A stretch of DNA of 62,545 nucleotides, the filler included. It is 5 parts of 5 records of this genome, joined end to end, with 100 filler letters (N's around TTAATTAATTAA, not from the genome) between each part and the next. Parts side by side here need not be neighbours in the genome. Positions count along the whole stretch, not along the records: positions 56,807 to 62,545 come from SRR31156797_3100; 4 more parts are not named here. One strand, written 5' to 3'. Under the pieces are notes generated by a model. The model was given only the letters and a program-made list of their open reading frames with translations. It was not told the origin of the DNA and ran no database searches. The position numbers and the translations under genes are program-made. Below, piece by piece: positions 58,644-62,545 of the stretch (positions within the stretch are counted from its first letter, which is position 1; every line of letters begins with the position of its first letter).

Positions 58644-59657
58644 CTAAACCGACTGCTTTGCAGTGCGGACGATTGTGCTTCCGATGCGGATGGCCTTCTG
58701 TTCCAGAAGCATCTTTGCCTGCCTTGCCGTGGAAAGCCTGTCGACGCTGACAGCTGCCAGTAGAACAACACCCCGGACGGCATCATAGATGAACGGAGAA
58801 GCCTGCAGCAGATTCAATCCGTTGTCGATAAGGATAAGGAAGACAGCACCGAAGACGCTTCCCACAACCGAACCGGAGCCGCCGGAGAGGGCTGTACCGC
58901 CGAGGACTACAGCAGCAATACAGGTAAACTCCGTGCCGACTCCAAGGGAGTTCTGAAGTCCCGCTGTTCGGGAGATAAGGAGCACACCGGCTATACCAGC
59001 GGTCAAACCCGCCAGCAGGTAGGCGGTGATAATCGTCTGCTGTGTAGGCAGATTGCTCTCCTTCGCCGATTCAACCGAGTTCCCGACGGCCCGAACGTAG
59101 GTTCCAAACCTTGTCCTTGAAAGGAGGTAGGATCCGACCAGGACCGCGGCAAAAAGAATCAGCAGAGGAACCGGAACATCAAGAATCCGGCCATTCCCCA
59201 GAAAAGTATAGCTCCTGTCTATGGGCACATTTTCGGTCTTGCTTATATGGAGGGCAATCCCGTTGTAGATATTGTAGGTCGCCAGAGTGGTGATCATAGG
59301 CGCCATTTTGAAATGATAGACAAGCAAGCCGTTTATGATTCCCGCCAGGCTGGCCGTCGAAACCGCAGCGATGAAGGCCACAATAAAGGATTCGGTACCG
59401 TTTACTGTGTAGGCAAATACGGTGGCCGCCAGCAGGAGAATGGCTCCTATGGATATATCGATTCCTCCGGTCATAATTACGAAACAGAGGCCGACAGCCA
59501 TAATCCCGGTAATGGAAGACTGGACCAGAACCGCCTGAAAATTGCTCCACTGAAGAAAAACGGGAGACAGGATCGAAAAGACAACACAGAGAACTATTGT
59601 GGCGATTACAACAGACAGCCACAGCTTTGATGAAAGGTATTCTTTTATTTTCAGCAT
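58644..59657 (-). CDS. Sugar ABC permease (RbsC family)
   Basis: TGGIDIS, ITTLAT, IAAVVLGGTALSGGSG. Confidence 0.92.
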   Translation of the reverse strand: MLKIKEYLSSKLWLSVVIATIVLCVVFSILSPVFLQWSNFQAVLVQSSITGIMAVGLCFVIMTGGIDISIGAILLLAATVFAYTVNGTESFIVAFIAAVSTASLAGIINGLLVYHFKMAPMITTLATYNIYNGIALHISKTENVPIDRSYTFLGNGRILDVPVPLLILFAAVLVGSYLLSRTRFGTYVRAVGNSVESAKESNLPTQQTIITAYLLAGLTAGIAGVLLISRTAGLQNSLGVGTEFTCIAAVVLGGTALSGGSGSVVGSVFGAVFLILIDNGLNLLQASPFIYDAVRGVVLLAAVSVDRLSTARQAKMLLEQKAIRIGSTIVRTAKQSV

Positions 59658-59669
59658 AATAAACCTCGC

Positions 59670-61175
59670 CTATTGTTCATGCGCGGAACTCGCCGCCAGG
59701 GAAATCATTTTCACCGAATCGAAATCTTCCCTCATGAATTCGCCGACCACATGCCCCGTCCGCATCACCAATATCCGGTGAGAAAGATGGAGCAACTCCG
59801 GAAGATCCGAAGAGGCCAGAATAACGGCGACTCCTTCCCGGGCCAAAGCCGCAACGGCATCATGAATATCCGACTTGGCACCGATATCCACACCCTTTGT
59901 AGGCTCATCGAGGATGACAATCTCCGGCCGGGTTGCAAGCCAGCGGCCAATGATGACCTTCTGCTGGTTACCGCCGGAGAGGTTAGTGATCTTCGATTCT
60001 ATATGAGGAATGGAAATATTCCGTTCCTCAACAACCTTGCCCGTATTTTCCTCTTCCTTTCGGAATCCCAGACCTTTGAGTTTTCTATGAACAAAACGCT
60101 TTATGTCGGCTACCGAAATATTCTCCCGGACAGATCGGTTGGGAAAGATACCGCTGACCTTCCGGTCCTCGGTCACAAAGGCGACTTTTTTATCAAGGAC
60201 CTTCCTTGTGGTGATCGGAGAAACCTCCTCACCATGGATATACATCTTTCCCTGGGAATCACGCAGGCCCATAATCGCCTCCACGACCTCGGTACGGCCG
60301 GCTCCGATGAGACCTGAAAGCCCGAGGATCTCCCCTTTTTTCACTGAAAAGGAAATATCCGTAAAATCATAGGAAGCGAAGTTCTCAACCCGGAGGGCTT
60401 CTTCTTTCCGTGGAGTCCCGATCTCCTTATCCATCTCACCGATGGATCGGCCGACCATCAGCTCCTCCAGAGCCAGGCGTTCAATATCAGCAATCATTCC
60501 GATTCCCACCTGAAATCCGTCCCGGAGGACAATATATTTATCCCCCATGCTCATAACCTCATCCATAAAGTGAGAGATGAAGATTATCGCCACCCCCTCC
60601 TTACGGAGCTTGTCCATTATCTTAAAGAGTTTCTCTCTCTCCGTAGAAGTCAGAGAAGTGGTTGGCTCATCCAGAATCAGCAGGCGATCGGAATGGAGAA
60701 GCGCCTTGGCAATTTCTACAATCTGCTGTTTCCCCGTCCCCAGAGAGGCGACTGTCGCCTTCGGATCAATATCCATCCCTAAAAAATCGAGCTGTTCACC
60801 GGCGATCTGTTCCGCCTTTTTCCAGTTGACATTCACTGAATTTCCCGGCAGTGATGAGATACAGATATTCGCCCCAACCGAAAGGCTTGGAAAGAGGCTC
60901 AACTCCTGATGAACCGCGGAGATACCGTGCTCCATCGGGATGATCTTCTTTTCCGCCTTGCCGTCGATAAGAATTTCCCCTTCCGTCGGCTCAAGCAATC
61001 CACACAGCATATTCTTCAGGGTGGATTTCCCTGCGCCGTTCTCACCAACCAGGGTGATAATTTCCCCGGGAAAGACATCGAAAGAAACATCATTTACGAC
61101 TGTTTTCGACCCGAAAGCCTTTTTTAGATTTCTTACTGAAAGAATAGGGGGTACCCCATCTTTTGCCATTCTCAT
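59670..61175 (-). CDS. Sugar ABC ATP-binding protein (RbsA family)
   Basis: GENGAGKS, LDEPT twice, EDRK, LSGGNQQK. Confidence 0.95.
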   Translation of the reverse strand: MRMAKDGVPPILSVRNLKKAFGSKTVVNDVSFDVFPGEIITLVGENGAGKSTLKNMLCGLLEPTEGEILIDGKAEKKIIPMEHGISAVHQELSLFPSLSVGANICISSLPGNSVNVNWKKAEQIAGEQLDFLGMDIDPKATVASLGTGKQQIVEIAKALLHSDRLLILDEPTTSLTSTEREKLFKIMDKLRKEGVAIIFISHFMDEVMSMGDKYIVLRDGFQVGIGMIADIERLALEELMVGRSIGEMDKEIGTPRKEEALRVENFASYDFTDISFSVKKGEILGLSGLIGAGRTEVVEAIMGLRDSQGKMYIHGEEVSPITTRKVLDKKVAFVTEDRKVSGIFPNRSVRENISVADIKRFVHRKLKGLGFRKEEENTGKVVEERNISIPHIESKITNLSGGNQQKVIIGRWLATRPEIVILDEPTKGVDIGAKSDIHDAVAALAREGVAVILASSDLPELLHLSHRILVMRTGHVVGEFMREDFDSVKMISLAASSAHEQ

Positions 61176-61217
61176 AACCCCTTATCAAAATATATGGCCC
61201 AATTATAGCCTATGAAA

Positions 61218-61258
61218 AAGGCGGTCCCCGCATAAACGAACCCTGCGAAAACCGCCTT
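61218..61258 (-). terminator. Intercistronic stem-loop after binding-protein gene
   Basis: Minus RNA AAGGCGGUUUUCGCA...UGCGGGGACCGCCUUUUU with G-U pairs. Confidence 0.65.
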
Positions 61259-61283
61259 ATGAAATCACTGCAAAACCATTTTT

Positions 61284-62279
61284 TTAGTCGAGTGAAAGCT
61301 CCTGGTAACCCCAGATATCGGCTTTGTTGGACTCAATCTCTTCGGGAGTGGAGTAATAGTCTCCGGCAACGAGAACATACTCACGTTTGACGGATTCACC
61401 ATTAACCAGTTTGTCTGCCAGCTGAGCAGCCTTGACTCCAGTAGCGGTGGTTCCCATGACAACAACACCGTCACAGGTTCCGGCGATAACGGAATCACAG
61501 GCACCCTTTTCACCATTAATACCGTTCACAACAACGTGATCCGGATGTCCCACGGGATGAAGCTTACCAAGATCGGAAAGTACGGTTTCAATACCGGCTA
61601 CGAAGAAACAGGCGGGAGCAAAGACACCGGCGATGTCGGGATCGGCCTGATAGGCATCCTGCACAGCTTTCAGGGCAATATCGAGCTGCCAGGCACCGGT
61701 AGGAGCCTGAACGATGTTAACGTTTGTGGCGGATTTAAGACCGTCGTTGAAACCACGGCTTCTTTCAATACCATTCTGGTCGTTCAACGCACCAAGGAGT
61801 TCGAGGACAGTCACATCGCCCTTATCCTTAAGAAGTTCAGCCATATGTTCTCCGCAGTACAGACCGTCGGAGTAGGAGTCGGGACCAACAGAAACACTGA
61901 TGGCTTCACTTTCGGGAAGATCCCGGTCATAGGAAACAATAGGAATCCCCGCGGCCTCGGCCTTCATAAGGGCCACCTCAATGGTGTCCATATCAACGGC
62001 ACAGACAAGAATGGCTTCCACGCCTTCATTGATCAGACTTTCCACATCGGCATTCTGCTTCTGGGCATCACCGTTGGCATTGTATTTTACAACCTCATAA
62101 CCCATGGCTTCCGCTTCGCTGATAATTCCCATTACGGTTGAAATTCGGCTGGGGAAGGCATTATCGATGGAAATACCCATAACCTTCTGATCGTCCTGCT
62201 GACCGCCGGCGGTGACGGGCATAACAAATACGAGCGCTGCAATCAGTACAACGAATACTGCGAGAACATTTCTCTTCAT
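61284..62279 (-). CDS. Sugar ABC substrate-binding protein (RbsB family)
   Basis: Spirochaete-style signal (..VTAGGQQD), AAGIPIVSYDR, ERSRGF. Confidence 0.9.
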   Translation of the reverse strand: MKRNVLAVFVVLIAALVFVMPVTAGGQQDDQKVMGISIDNAFPSRISTVMGIISEAEAMGYEVVKYNANGDAQKQNADVESLINEGVEAILVCAVDMDTIEVALMKAEAAGIPIVSYDRDLPESEAISVSVGPDSYSDGLYCGEHMAELLKDKGDVTVLELLGALNDQNGIERSRGFNDGLKSATNVNIVQAPTGAWQLDIALKAVQDAYQADPDIAGVFAPACFFVAGIETVLSDLGKLHPVGHPDHVVVNGINGEKGACDSVIAGTCDGVVVMGTTATGVKAAQLADKLVNGESVKREYVLVAGDYYSTPEEIESNKADIWGYQELSLD

Positions 62280-62384
62280 TCTCTTTCTCCTTTTCTTTTC
62301 TCAATTTGATTTATATCAATTGCCTGGAAACCTCAGGCTTCCAAACAATTCACATCCAATTTCTGGCTTGTCAGTAATCTGATT

Positions 62385-62441
62385 ATTGTTAACAATCTAC
62401 AATTACTAATTTACAATAGCATGGGTTTATGGAGCTGTCAA
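62385..62441 (-). promoter_or_regulatory. Sigma70 promoter plus palindromic operator of ABC operon
   Basis: TTGACA-17 nt-TATTGT; ATTGTTAACAAT palindrome at 62385-62396. Confidence 0.65.
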
Positions 62442-62545
62442 ATTTTTTTTTGAAGAAAATTCAGGGCAATGAAAGGTATCGATTCCTTTCGACCCCGACG
62501 CTCGACTGCCCTCTCGGCAGTTTCGGGAATGACAGGAGAAATACT

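Noticed and set aside
1-62545. CRISPR array, tRNA/rRNA genes, integron integrase or IS transposase
   Set aside because: No regularly spaced direct repeats, RNA gene signatures or recombinase/transposase ORFs seen by eye

Overview
The window is a concatenation of five unrelated contigs joined by four 100-nt artificial linkers (N-run + TTAATTAATTAA + N-run), so neighbourhoods cannot be read across linkers. Contig 1 (1-12995, very AT-rich anaerobe, taxon uncertain): hemerythrin plus HD-GYP phosphodiesterase, membrane 4Fe-4S protein, DUF2202, YqeK, an MNT-HEPN protein with an apparent ATT start and Rpn-like tail, LuxR regulator, anaerobic sulfatase maturase and an HTH-TPR regulator. Contig 2 (13096-35121, Campylobacterota, Arcobacteraceae-like by inference): a nitrogen-fixation accessory region (nifQ, nifE, nifN, nifX, nifW, nifZ, flavodoxin, P-II, rpoN) with at least seven sigma54 -24/-12 motifs. 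It carries an apparent O2-protection set (FeSII/Shethna-like ferredoxin, hemerythrin, flavodiiron protein), a HicB-Sel1-NifU fusion, an integron-type BrnTA cassette with attC sites between nifE and nifN, a sigma54 site on the rpoN start codon and several leaderless genes. Contig 3 (35222-48333, Desulfobacterota-like): surface-glycan genes (carbamoyltransferase/SxtJ/SxtK-like trio, glycosyltransferase, lptF, WecA fusion), mobA, infA, mce. Contig 4 (48434-56706, Desulfobacterota-like): AOR, SNF2 + SWIM pair, MFS, MATE. Contig 5 (56807-62545, spirochaete-like): sugar ABC operon with a UroD/MtaA-family enzyme. All family and taxon calls come from motif recognition, not database searches.
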